Of a stretch of DNA of 64,000 nucleotides, positions 20,502-31,111 are shown one piece after another. Numbering within the stretch: position 1 is the stretch's first letter; each line of letters begins with the position of its first letter. The DNA lies in the NCBI GenBank assembly GCA_000091205.1, contig AP006494.2, one strand, 5' to 3'. The translations under genes were made by a program, and so were the position numbers. The notes below the pieces were generated by a model that was given only the letters and a program-made list of their open reading frames with translations, did no database searches and was not told the DNA's origin. This DNA is from Cyanidioschyzon merolae (taxonomy: Eukaryota).

Positions 20502-21329
20502 TCATAGGCTGCTCTGGTCCATCCGAGCAATCCGCTGCTCTTCAGCCAGGATGCTTTCTGTCAAGAGATCTGGAGTAGGACACTGACGTATCCAAAAGCC
20601 TTCATGATCCATAAAACTGAAAAGGTCTGGAGCAGAACGTCCCGACTGGGCCTGCCGCAGCAAAGGAACGTATAGATCACAAAACTCATACAGGCTCTCG
20701 GAGAATCTTGCAGGTAATCCATCAGTATATGCAACCGTTTCCACTAGAGCGACTTTTTGATCCCTGCTTGCAAAACATAGCATGACTGGAAGAGCGTGCG
20801 CAGCGAGCAGTTCGTGAAGTTGACTGCATTGCTTGGCACTTCGCACACCAACTAACCACAACAGGAGCCGTTCACTGAAGAGAGCCGTAAGTTCAGAGAA
20901 AGAGGCAAGTTCCTGGCAAAGTGCGCAACTCCGTTCAAGATGTGATTCATGCTCGTCCACGCAAAGCAGTAGAGCTACTAGTGGCATACCTCGTTCCTCG
21001 CTCACGCCTAAGGCACTCACGAGGTCGCTGGCAGCCCTCCCAAGGTCTAAGACCTTCAGTTTGGCCAAATTATGTTCAAGATCATTTCGTTTCCGAGTGC
21101 ACTGCTCTTCCAGGAACTCGTGCAACTTCGCACCGCACATAGCTTCCTGTGAACGGAGGACGGTACTGAGCTCCTCGACTGTGGTGAAGCGTCCACCTGC
21201 ACCGGTTCCACCATTTAGCGACGACATGGCTGCTCGTGGTGCCTCTGCTCGCCGTAAAGCATCCAAACATACTTGTGTGCTTGTCGCGGAAGCTTTTGAG
21301 TGGCCGAGCGCTTCCCCACTATAGCGCAT
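20502..21329 (-). CDS. Hypothetical protein (275 aa)
   Basis: ATG-initiated long ORF. No recognisable motif. Confidence 0.4.
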   Translation of the reverse strand: MRYSGEALGHSKASATSTQVCLDALRRAEAPRAAMSSLNGGTGAGGRFTTVEELSTVLRSQEAMCGAKLHEFLEEQCTRKRNDLEHNLAKLKVLDLGRAASDLVSALGVSEERGMPLVALLLCVDEHESHLERSCALCQELASFSELTALFSERLLLWLVGVRSAKQCSQLHELLAAHALPVMLCFASRDQKVALVETVAYTDGLPARFSESLYEFCDLYVPLLRQAQSGRSAPDLFSFMDHEGFWIRQCPTPDLLTESILAEEQRIARMDQSSL

Positions 21330-21783
21330 CCGAGAAAGAGCTGCTGTAACCCGTCGCAGAGCAACAAATGCTATCCTTGTGTCGCAGACTTCTCGAACAC
21401 CAGCATGGGCTGTTCGAGCCGCCCTGGGTTGCTGCTCGCCCTGTGCGTCACAGAGTTCATCAGGTGTTCCGCCACGTGAGGTATAATGTGCTCTTCACAA
21501 CCAATATTCGGCCCGATCTATTCCCATGTTGTCCCTGCTGTACACTTCGTGCACATATGTGCACACAGGTTTTGTTCAACCAGCGCCCTCATTTTGAGAC
21601 GGACCTCCTTTTTCTGTAAGATGTTGACTTTCACGAACATGATCTGGAAGAATTCCTCTCAAAGACTGTGTATGTTAGCGTATTTCGAAGCGCCCCGGGA
21701 GAGAGGCTGACGGTTGTTTTGTTGCAGTACGCGGTGCCCAGTGAAAGCTTCTGCTTTGACTCGACTGGTGCCACGATACGCAC

Positions 21784-22284
21784 GTGGACACGTACTCCGA
21801 AAACAGTCGTTTCGTTTGGAGAAATATTGGAATTGTGATAGCTCTTCGCTATAGTGAGACAGGACTTTTGTTTGTGCTTGGAACAACCTACTTGCTCTGG
21901 GACACGTATGACTCTGATGTGAAGGCCGTTCACGCAGCAGATTGCGTGACACGGTCGGTGGAGTTTGCGCCGTGTACGGAAAGATCGTTTGTAACTTTAT
22001 CCGGAGATCTCAACTCAACGCCCGAATTGCATGAGATAGAGCTGCCTCTGAATGGTTCAACGATTCTGCCGAGCCTTGGAGCCAGTGCACCTTGCAGTGA
22101 TTCGAGGACCACGGAAGCCTCCCTATCCTCGCCAACAACTCCGAGCCCTGGAACGGCTTACTCGAAAGCAAGATTCGCTCGCTATCCCCGACTTCCAGAG
22201 GAACGTATTGTGCAGCTTCCAGAAAATCAAACTTTGTGCCATACGTACGATGCGATGGTAACGGATGTGCTCGAGCCTCTGTGA
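21784..22284 (+). CDS. Possible small membrane / Ser-Thr-Pro-rich protein (166 aa), doubtful
   Basis: Hydrophobic segment NIGIVIALRYSETGLLFVLGTTYLLW followed by an S/T/P-rich tail. Lies in an otherwise gene-free 2.3-kb stretch. Confidence 0.2.
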   Translation: MDTYSENSRFVWRNIGIVIALRYSETGLLFVLGTTYLLWDTYDSDVKAVHAADCVTRSVEFAPCTERSFVTLSGDLNSTPELHEIELPLNGSTILPSLGASAPCSDSRTTEASLSSPTTPSPGTAYSKARFARYPRLPEERIVQLPENQTLCHTYDAMVTDVLEPL

Positions 22285-22736
22285 GCGACTCGGAGGAAGA
22301 AGTTTTGTATAAGTTATTGACTCTATTCTCACTCAACCATCGCATGCCGCTGCGGAACAAATCCTTTGCTCTTCAGAGGGTTTCGAGGAAGAATCTTTTA
22401 GTCCAATGATGTATCCCCTTCGGGTCACTTCCCCGCTGTGGCACACACAAGCTTTATGTCGGATCTGAGTCAGTGCGATTTCTCGAACGTCATTGCTTGG
22501 TTTTATAAGAAAACAAAGGGGCACCACTTGCCCAGGGTTTGGTTCATCGCGAACACTTGATCGTGAACATCGGAACATCGCTCTATTGCGAAGCTGGTTG
22601 CACCGAGCCACAGAAGAGCGGTATTTCTAGCAAGAGGCTCGACCCGAAACTCTGAAGAACACCATCGGATGAAGTGAGAGCATTATCACACTGTCCGACG
22701 TGGCCTGTGAGCGCCGACACTCATCCAATATATTCG

Positions 22737-22780
22737 TGTTCACGAGCTGCTGTTGCATAGAAAAACCGCAACAGCAGCAG
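22737..22780. repeat. Perfect 11-bp-stem hairpin (gctgctgttgc ... gcaacagcagc, 11-nt loop)
   Basis: Read directly from the sequence at 22739-22779. Confidence 0.6.
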
Positions 22781-23682
22781 CTGCTACAACGAGCGTTCCT
22801 CTGGTGTGCGACACCGGCAGGATTTACATCGGGCGCAGAGCCTCTCAACAGCGTGAGGCGGTTTTATGTCTCAAATGCCGGTGCGAGCCGTTCAAAGCAA
22901 ACATTTTGCATTGAGGAATACTACACTGCCAGCATCTTGTTCATAATAGATTCATGACACCGAGGAGGTTTCGTAGAGAATACGTGATAAGAGTCTGAGC
23001 ACATTCCTGAGGAGTTTGCGCTACATCGGTGTGCCGTATGGAGCATTTTATGGACGGAAAAGTATGAGGGCACGAAACTTCAGAACCTCGAATCAAACTG
23101 CAACATATCTACAAACTGTCAAATAGGACGTCCACTTGCCTTGTCTCTATTCTTCTACAGGTAACAGGGACTGATGCAATGAATTTTTAGTGGCGTATTG
23201 GAATCCGGGCCGAATATCCAAAGAGGCGCTGGATGCTCGATTTCCAATCTGTAGCCGCGCATCCGGGCAAGGTTGCTCGGAAAACCGGTCTATTTCGGCA
23301 GCAGTCCGCAGTTCGCGACCTCAGACATTGCGCGCGGACTACACACTAGAGCAGAGCATGCGGCTGGCCGCCCTGCATCCTGATGCAACCACAGACGCAG
23401 TAGGTAGCCTCGACAACAATAGACCGAAGCGTTGCGCATCAAGGCACTTTTGGTGGTTGCTCGCGGACGAAAAATTTTATCCCAGTTTTTCCACTTAAGA
23501 TCGTATGAACACGAGATTCCCAACCAACATGCCTAATAACAACAAGAGATAGAGCAAATCTATCACAGAATTTGAATTATGAAGGTCTTCATTCGATGTG
23601 AAGCTTTTACAAGCGTTATAAACACCTGCGGATTCGAACGCATATACTGTTGCTATCAAAAGCGTCTGATACATATCCTACA

Positions 23683-25410
23683 CTCAATAGCATCTTAAAG
23701 AGAGAAACACTAGCATCGTCTACCAACTACCATGGGAAACAGGTTCCTCTCTATATACGCTGTGCCACATCCTGTCTGGATTCCTAACCGTACCATACTA
23801 TTGCCCTGCTACATGCCGGAATCCGCTCCTATTGCTGCCAGCCTCTGATTTTCTCAGCGCAAGTCTCCAGCATTCCAGCACAATCCCCACACTCAGTATG
23901 AAACAGTTGCCTCGAATGTACGTATGACACAAACCGCTGGACGCTCCGAACGCACGAAACATTTCCAGATACCGATTGGGCGTTCGAGTCTCGGTGCAGG
24001 ACGTGCCTGAGCGCATTTTGGATTGTTGAAGCGCATCACAGCAAGCACGTCTCGCTCGATTCTCTCGCCATCCGGCGCTCAATCAGCTCACCGTACACCA
24101 CCACGTGCATGCAGCTCTGTTTCACACTCTTCTTCTCTACCGGTCACTGTGCGCACTCGCGCTGGTCACGCGTGTTTGTCGCTCTGAACGCATCCACGGG
24201 AGCCGTGAAGAATCGATTCCTGCTGTGGTTGCACGCTCTCGCCGACCGAGCATGAGTGCAGCCGTTGCTCGCGAGTGCACGTCCAGCGCCATTCGCTACC
24301 TCCACGCGTTGCGAGTTATCGGTCCGATACGTTGCTAACTCATTGAATATGCTGGAGAATGCACGCTTCCTGCCTCCGGAGAGCCAAGCTGTTGATGACC
24401 ACAGCGACGTCTCAAGTGCATCTGCGAGGGAGCGTCCCCACGAGCCACGTGGACGCGCACGTGTCTATGAATGGATCTCACACAGCATCCACTCCGTTCG
24501 ACACGAGTCTCAGAGCGTCGTGACGGGTCCGGACGCTGTCATTTCATTGGTCGGTACGCCTCTTGGCGTCTCTGGGGCCCGACTCCCGACACTGCCGATC
24601 TCTGGAAAAGTAGGGCAGCTCAACGACAGATACAGCTGCATACTGCCTGAGCGCTGTTTAGCGAGGGAAAGCAATACTGTCTAAGGGCATTACCAAGGAA
24701 TGTGGGTGAAGGAATCCAGGAGGTGCCTCGCCGGAGGATGAGGTATTGGAATGTCCTTTCGTTCGGCGATTTGTAAGAGATCACCAGAAGAAATCACCGC
24801 TAGGGCTCATGCCGCCTTCAATGTCGCTTGTCGCCTCTTTAAGAACTTCGTGTCGCCCCTATGTGAGGACATATATACGAGTTGATCGTTTCTGCAAAAT
24901 GGAGCATCACCGACTGACACGAACGCCAGTCAGTCCTGCAGGGGGCCTTCGCCTTGCGCTACGAATTCGACAATCTGCTGGCAACACGCAATCGTCGTGC
25001 ATCGCAGCGCACTTTTCTGTTCATCGGTGTCTGTTTATCACCGCTAGTATGAAAGATGTGAAAGCCCCACATCATGTGGCTTCGCAGATGGTATTTCTCA
25101 GAGGATCTATGTGATACAATGAGCGAATCAGAAGATTGTCGAATATATACATTGTAGTACGTTGTATTTTGGGTACGCAATGTTCAGAACAAGCACTGCC
25201 ACAAGGGTCGCTGGTGCACCTGCTGAATGTAAAATGACTGACTTGTACAAGTAAGATCCGTGTCGGTATGCTAGCGGCGATGGCATGAACTCTATCCACC
25301 GCCATTCTCTCACCAACGGACAACCTTATTGTTCAATACCTGTGGGAAAAACAACCAAACACAAAAATAACCTGCCGGTAGACTTGTTCAAGAATTTAGT
25401 ACTCTGAGTA
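23683..25410. repeat. IR2-R: 1.73-kb arm of a near-perfect inverted repeat (partner 15095..16822)
   Basis: See IR2-L. Outer end is 52 bp upstream of the HIG1 ATG (25462). Confidence 0.85.
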
Positions 25411-25461
25411 TAACGCTGAGCACCTCCCTAACTATACTGGGAGCGAGCTGTTTTTCGAGAC

Positions 25462-25749
25462 ATGGTTGATTCACGTGAAAGCGAAGATGCTGGTGAGAGT
25501 CCACTGGAGAACTACACTCCAAACAGACCAACTCTAGACAAGTTCAAGAAGAACCCCTTGGTGCCCGCCGGCGCCCTCCTTACTGCTATAGTGCTTGCCG
25601 GTGGAATTACTGCTTTCCAGAGGGGAAACGTTATCTGGAGTCAAAGGATGATGCGGGCACGTGTTGCAGCGCAAGGCGCGACGTTGCTCATTTTGGCTGC
25701 TTCAGTGGGCGCGTTCAGAGGGGGGCCCTCCCCGCAGTCGACGAAGTGA
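25462..25749 (+). CDS. HIG1: HIG1 (hypoxia-induced gene 1 / Rcf1-like) domain protein, 95 aa
   Basis: KFKKNPLVPAGALLTAIVLAGGITAFQRGNVIWSQRMMRARVAAQGATLLILAA matches the HIG_1_N pattern (KxxENPLVPIG..., two TM helices, QRxxxxRVxAQG). Confidence 0.7.
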   Translation: MVDSRESEDAGESPLENYTPNRPTLDKFKKNPLVPAGALLTAIVLAGGITAFQRGNVIWSQRMMRARVAAQGATLLILAASVGAFRGGPSPQSTK

Positions 25750-25857
25750 GTGCTGCGTCGTGAGCAGCACTAGGAAGCCAAGGCTCCCTTTCGTCTGCTG
25801 TATTCCTGTGCGAATGAGTACTCGTCGGACGTGATTAAGCGCTTCGCGACTGGTTGT

Positions 25858-25925
25858 CTTTGGGTGTGCTTGCTTGTGTACGTGTCTGTCTGCCTGTCAG
25901 CCTGTCTGCCTGTTTGGTTTCTTGT
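25858..25925. repeat. Low-complexity (ctgtctgcctgt-like) tract
   Basis: gtgtctgtctgcctgtcagcctgtctgcctgtttgg. Confidence 0.5.
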
Positions 25926-26048
25926 CCAATGCCATGCTGAACTACAGCGACATACTGACTCGCAGCTTTGATGGTCTTTTACATTAAATGTACAGGCAGT
26001 GTGCGTGACGGGTATAGGCTGGTGGCATGTGCCGAATAAGCTCCGGGT

Positions 26049-27143
26049 CTATCGCGCAGGGGCGTTTCTATTCATGGGAAACACCACAGAGTCGCCAAGA
26101 GGTATTGATCTGGTGCTGATGGAGGCATATTCCCAGACGTCTCTGTCGATTTTCAGCGGACAGCCAGCGAGAAATGCAAAAACCGCACCGTCGCTGCCTC
26201 TCATCCGCACAAACCAGGGCTGTCTCTGTGAGCTACGCAGCTCAAGACACACGTATGCACGGAGCTGCTCAGGGTTCCTTCGCGATACGGGCGCGAGAAC
26301 CACCTGGAGTATGTCGCTTTGAAGCCGTTGACGAATTAAGTCCAGAAACAGCGCGTGAGCGCCCTGCAGCCTTTTGGATCGGATGGCATTCAGCAGGGCA
26401 GAAAAGAGCAAGTTCGACTCTCGTATTTCTGAGCTCTCTCGAGCCTGCATAAGCTTGTAAATGCTCTTCACTTCGGTGAATACGTCTCTACTTCTCCACA
26501 GATATTGTAAGAGCTTGAGCCGCATCTGAATGGAGAAGGATCCCGCAGACATTCGACTTCGAGGCTCTCGCTCAGCGAAAGCAGCAGGTGGCTCAGTGTG
26601 CACTATGCTCAGGACAATCATATCCCGCTCCAGCTTGTCCTCAAGGAATAAAGGGAGAAGCCTTTCCGTGGCCGGCGCCGAGAACTCATCCGCCCGACCC
26701 GTGGCCCGGCGTGATTCTGTAGAAATCAAGTCCTTATCGAAGTTATGGTCTTGTCGCTTATTCCAGCCCTGAAAGCGCTTGCCTGAGGTGGCCTGTTTCG
26801 AATCTAGCAGGGCGAGGTACAGTACGTAGACCTCAGGTGTCCCTGGAAGCGTAAGTGTCTCTGACCGCTCAAGCACAAGTTCTATGCCGTTGCTTTCATC
26901 AAACTGAAAAGTACTTAGCTTAGGCAAATCGAAGCTACTACGCAGATAGAAGGAGCGCTTGTGCTGCGCTGCAGACCGCACAATGGCAGGGCCTTTCCCC
27001 CGGACGGCTTCGAAACCGTGGGCCTTTCGCTTGCGAACGAGGAACAGTTCGCGCGTCGCTTCCGTAACAGTTGCGTGTGAGGCCAGCTTTCTTCGCTCAG
27101 CAAGACGTGAATTGCTTGCTAACGGGACAGGAAGACTCCACAT
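26049..27143 (-). CDS. Hypothetical protein (364 aa)
   Basis: ATG-initiated long ORF. No recognisable family. Confidence 0.4.
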   Translation of the reverse strand: MWSLPVPLASNSRLAERRKLASHATVTEATRELFLVRKRKAHGFEAVRGKGPAIVRSAAQHKRSFYLRSSFDLPKLSTFQFDESNGIELVLERSETLTLPGTPEVYVLYLALLDSKQATSGKRFQGWNKRQDHNFDKDLISTESRRATGRADEFSAPATERLLPLFLEDKLERDMIVLSIVHTEPPAAFAEREPRSRMSAGSFSIQMRLKLLQYLWRSRDVFTEVKSIYKLMQARESSEIRESNLLFSALLNAIRSKRLQGAHALFLDLIRQRLQSDILQVVLAPVSRRNPEQLRAYVCLELRSSQRQPWFVRMRGSDGAVFAFLAGCPLKIDRDVWEYASISTRSIPLGDSVVFPMNRNAPAR

Positions 27144-27479
27144 TCGATATTTGAGTCACTATACAGTCCAAGAAGAGAGATATAACGAACGGTGTTTGGA
27201 GAAATCAGCCGACCACACCGTGTAAGGCGACACCACGATCGAATTTGCTATCTATATATATTCAGTGGTTCAACCGTTTCCCGGTCTTGCGTGTCAATTT
27301 TCCGAAATTGTTTAGATGTAGTCTCGACATTCGATGTGCGACAACATTTGCATATGTGATTATACGCATTTTTCGAGCTCTCGGCGTTGTTTTCGTTGTG
27401 GCTCCTTCGTCTCTTTGCAGATGGTAACTTTACGTCACCAGAATAAAAATGAGTCGTGATGTGTTCGAACAAGAGTTCG

Positions 27480-28260
27480 TAAAACAATATATATCATGAA
27501 CCGAGTCGAACGCACACTGCATCACTCTTCGCTTTTTTCATGTACAGCAATCTCAAATCACACATTCTTCAAGTATTAGGTCGTTCTGTTTGAGGCCAAC
27601 TGGTATGTGCAGTGGTTCGCGCTGCCAGATCCACTACTGAAAAAACTTGACGTCGCCCCTTGACACGCTCCTCACGCGCTCATGCCAGGAGTTTTACTGA
27701 ATTTGTCACATTAAACAATCGATTCTGTTCGCAATGCAAATCCGCCTCTCTATTTGGTCGTCGACGAAACCGGATTCCCCATCAGGTTGATAGGTCTGAC
27801 GGGATATGCTCCCGGAGGCTCTCATCCGTTCCGCTTGCATGGAATAGAGCCTCAGACTCGCTCTTCAATCATCGCGAGGATCGCTTCCAGAGGAGCGTGC
27901 GCCACTGCTTTCCACGAAGAGAGCTTAGACAGATCGAATTTTCTCGAATTGTTTTGCAACCTGGATATTCCTTCTGTTCCATGTTTCATCATGGACGACA
28001 TTGCGTTCCACAAATCCTCGATCGACTGGTACAGTGTGCACATGCGCATGCTGCTGATAGAGTACTCGTCGATGTCATTGTATGCAAGAAGCTCTTGATC
28101 ATAGTGTACTGCGCCGTGCTTAGATACGAAGGAGCGTATTCGAAGAAGCCTTCTATACCCGTCAAGCGTATGCGCCGAGCGATGAAGCACGTGTTGATCC
28201 ACCATAGTGCTGTGCTCGGAGGAAGAGAGGCGGTGCATGTATGATTACGCCTGCCAACAG
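27480..28260 (+). mobile_element. Diverged DDE_3 (IS630/Tc1-like) transposase relic, copy 4
   Basis: ORF 27754..28098 reads MVVDETGFPIRL (classic DExGF), GYAPGGSHPFRLHGIEPQTR, CFIMDDIAFHKSSIDW. Aligns with the IR1 copy at about 50-60% aa identity. Confidence 0.6.
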
Positions 28261-29212
28261 CCGAGTGTCACCGTTGCGAAAGACGCGTAGAAGCACCATA
28301 CAGGGAAGATGAAATCGGCGAGCGAAGCTTAAATTGCAACTTCCGCCTGTAAAAGAAGTGCGTCACAAAAAGACGGAGGCGCAGAAGATGAGACTCTAAC
28401 GCAGCCATCAACATACTTCGACAGCTGACAACGGTGCCGGAGGGAGAAGAGAGACTGCCATATTTGAAGACCGGGGATGAGATAGGGTAAAAGGAAGCAA
28501 TGGGAAAAAGCCTAAAAAGGATGAAGATGTTAACGCTGGGAAGAAACCTAAAGTTTAGAGTGTGCGTCCGAGTTTGCAGATCTGTTCCAGTTCATTCTGA
28601 CATGGGTGTAATGATATATAGCTATTCCGCGATAATCGACTGCTGCTCCAGCGAATGCAGCTGTAGGACTCCTGCAATCGTTGCGGCATCTGCAGATTCC
28701 TTACGCTCAGTGCATCTTTAAAATTTCGTCCCCTGTACTCGACGTGTCCGCGCATGGCTCGCTCTTGTAACCAAAAGACGCGCTACAGGGGCCGAGTCAC
28801 AAGCCTCTGCAGAGTTGCTCCAAGCAAAGGTCGAGTCTGCGTACAAAGCGCACTACATCTGCGCGAGAAGACGCACCTACTTGGTGCCCAGATAGAGCGT
28901 TTCTTCCAACGGATGAAAGGCGCTCACAATCCTGAATCTCGAAAAGCGCGGCAGATATTAATCCAGTTGCCCAGCTTCGAAATTTGCCAAGCTTTATTGG
29001 TCCTCGTCGTGATGGCAAGAGCTCGCGGAATAGAGACAGCCCGATGAAAATAGACTGACTCTTCGTGCATTGTGATGCACCCTCTAGTGAACTTGTGCAC
29101 CGGGGCAGCAACCCGAGCCCGAGCCCGAACTCCTGCAGCACTAGTCCCGCAGCATCAATGCAAGGATGAAGCGCTGAACTAGCCAAATCCCATCAGAGAA
29201 TGGACGCTACCA

Positions 29213-30895
29213 TCAGAGTGCAGGGTCGGAGGCATCACATGCTAATTTTCGCATCGTCTCCCGCTTTTCAGCGCTTTCAACGGCCGTCATGTACTCGAGA
29301 TACTCGTTCGCAAGTTTGAGCTCACCTCGCTGCCTCAGATAGGTCATCATACGGACAACGACGTCGGCCTCGTCGGTGTCAATTGTCGCATGTGGCGCTC
29401 TAAGCGCCCTGCGGATCTCCAGGTACGTTGCGTAATGTTTTGCTGCCGAGTCGTATTGTCCAGTTTCCCAGAACAGATCTCCAGCTCTCTTTGCATAGCT
29501 CCAATTATCAGGATTCCAGGTCAATGCTTTTTCTAGACAGCGAACGGCGTCATCAAGCCGACCAATGTCTTGGAGTGCCTGGGAGACTGCCGCCCACATG
29601 CGATCGTCACATGGTCGCAGAGTTGCCGCTTTCTCAAAGTAATAGAGTGCATAGTGAGGCATGTGGAGCAGTTCGTAGGTCTGCCCCAAACCATAATAAG
29701 GACGAAAGTCCGCTGGGTCGAGATCGATAGCGCGTCGATAGGCCTCCACAGCTGCGGATGTGTTGCGCATCTCGAGGAACTCGTGACCCATCAGGATCCA
29801 AGCGGTGGTGTACGAACGGTTAAGGGTCAGCGCTCTTCGAAAGTACTGCACCGCTTTTTCATGGTTTTGACGTAAAGCAAAATAATTGCCCACAACGCAG
29901 CATGTTTCCGCCCGATACTTGTCGATCTGCACGCAATCACGAGCAAGGGTGCTTAATGTTGCCTGATCCTCCTGCACGAAGAGGATGTTCGAATAAAGGT
30001 CAACAGCGTCGAGAAAGTACGGGTCTAACTCGCGAAGGCGCCTGCACAGTTCTGCTGCAGTTTCAAAATCATGCGCACTGAAGTGAGCATGGGCCAACAG
30101 ATGCAGTAAAGTTACCGAGTCGGGAAACTCAGATGATAACGCCTGCAGCACTGGAATGATCGAAGTTTCCCCCGAAAAGGTTCCGGACTGCATGACGAGG
30201 AAGAATGCAAACATCCAGGCCTTACCGGTCTCCAGTAACGTACGCAGCGCCGAAATGATAGAGCTGTAGTCCTCTCCGAGTTCATGCAACGCCGTCCATG
30301 CTGCCCAGAGATGTGGTTTCCGCTGCAGCGCTTCGATAAAAGCACAAAGTGCCTCTTTTCGACAACCACAGGCCTTCAACGCAGTCCCGCGTAACCAGCA
30401 AATATAAGCGTCCTCGGGAAGGCTCGCATCGGACTGCACAGCTTTATCCATCTCCTGGACGATAGAGGCCGCCAGCGTGTTCTGTGGCTTGCAGGGGGCA
30501 GCACACCCCGCAGGAGACACTTCTAAAAGCATTTCCTCCTTGCGCTTTTCTCCATGGAGGAATAGCGAGTACCAACGCAGGAAACGACCGAGCTTCGAAG
30601 TGCAAGCCTCAAGGATAGAGGCTGCTCGCAGGTATTCGCGAGCATCGAACAGCGCTTTTCCATAAAAAAACAGATCGCTTTCTCCACGCTTCGTTCCAAC
30701 GGTTTCCGCATCGTTATCTAACAGCTGCGGTTCGAGCTTCCGGCCCAAGCTTGCAACCAACTCCCCTAGCCACCGCGCTGAAAGCACGAGGCCTCGATCG
30801 AGGCTCTCCCGCAGCGCTTCTTTGAGCTCCCTATATTTCTGCTCAGTGTGGACCTGGCGGAGCACAGCAAGCGCAACATCGACCTCCGATGTCAT
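29213..30895 (-). CDS. CDC23: Anaphase-promoting complex subunit 8 (Cdc23/APC8), TPR protein
   Basis: YRAETCCVVGNYFALRQNHEKAVQYFRRALTLNRSYTTAWILMGHEFLEMRNTSAAVEAYRRAIDLDPADFRPYYGLGQTYELLHMPHYALYYFEKAATLRP matches the Cdc23 TPR block (YRPETCCIIGNYYSLR..AWTLMGHEYMEMKNT..WYGLGQTYEILKMP). Track start 30907 is a GTG; ATG at 30895. Confidence 0.85.
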   Translation of the reverse strand: MTSEVDVALAVLRQVHTEQKYRELKEALRESLDRGLVLSARWLGELVASLGRKLEPQLLDNDAETVGTKRGESDLFFYGKALFDAREYLRAASILEACTSKLGRFLRWYSLFLHGEKRKEEMLLEVSPAGCAAPCKPQNTLAASIVQEMDKAVQSDASLPEDAYICWLRGTALKACGCRKEALCAFIEALQRKPHLWAAWTALHELGEDYSSIISALRTLLETGKAWMFAFFLVMQSGTFSGETSIIPVLQALSSEFPDSVTLLHLLAHAHFSAHDFETAAELCRRLRELDPYFLDAVDLYSNILFVQEDQATLSTLARDCVQIDKYRAETCCVVGNYFALRQNHEKAVQYFRRALTLNRSYTTAWILMGHEFLEMRNTSAAVEAYRRAIDLDPADFRPYYGLGQTYELLHMPHYALYYFEKAATLRPCDDRMWAAVSQALQDIGRLDDAVRCLEKALTWNPDNWSYAKRAGDLFWETGQYDSAAKHYATYLEIRRALRAPHATIDTDEADVVVRMMTYLRQRGELKLANEYLEYMTAVESAEKRETMRKLACDASDPAL

Positions 30896-31111
30896 AAAGG
30901 CCGTCACACTCGGTCCAGCGGTTGCAAATGTTCTGTGCGTAGTGACTAGTTTGCGTCAACGCTGGGTCAGAGCACTTGCACCGCCCTACGGCGCAAGCGT
31001 ACTTGTCCCGCCAAATGTCAGGCCACGACGCTTATTACGTTTGTGCATTTCGTGGCTCGCACTGCTACATAACTTGCCACGAAGTTCCTTTGAAGGTGAG
31101 AGTAGTTTTCC
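30896..31111. promoter_or_regulatory. Putative bidirectional promoter between CDC23(-) and the ABHD gene(+)
   Basis: 216-bp divergent intergenic spacer. Inferred from gene arrangement only. Confidence 0.3.

Noticed and set aside
25858-25925. ctgtctgcctgt low-complexity tract considered as a telomere- or centromere-like satellite.
   Set aside because: Only ~5 imperfect units and a single location; a simple low-complexity stretch in a 3' flank.
27852-28238. 128-aa minus-strand ORF overlapping DDE_3 relic copy 4 (similarly 47972..48259 over copy 5), sharing PLEAIxAI between copies.
   Set aside because: The conservation is explained by DNA-level conservation of the transposase relic on the opposite strand. 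No independent motif supports an antisense gene.
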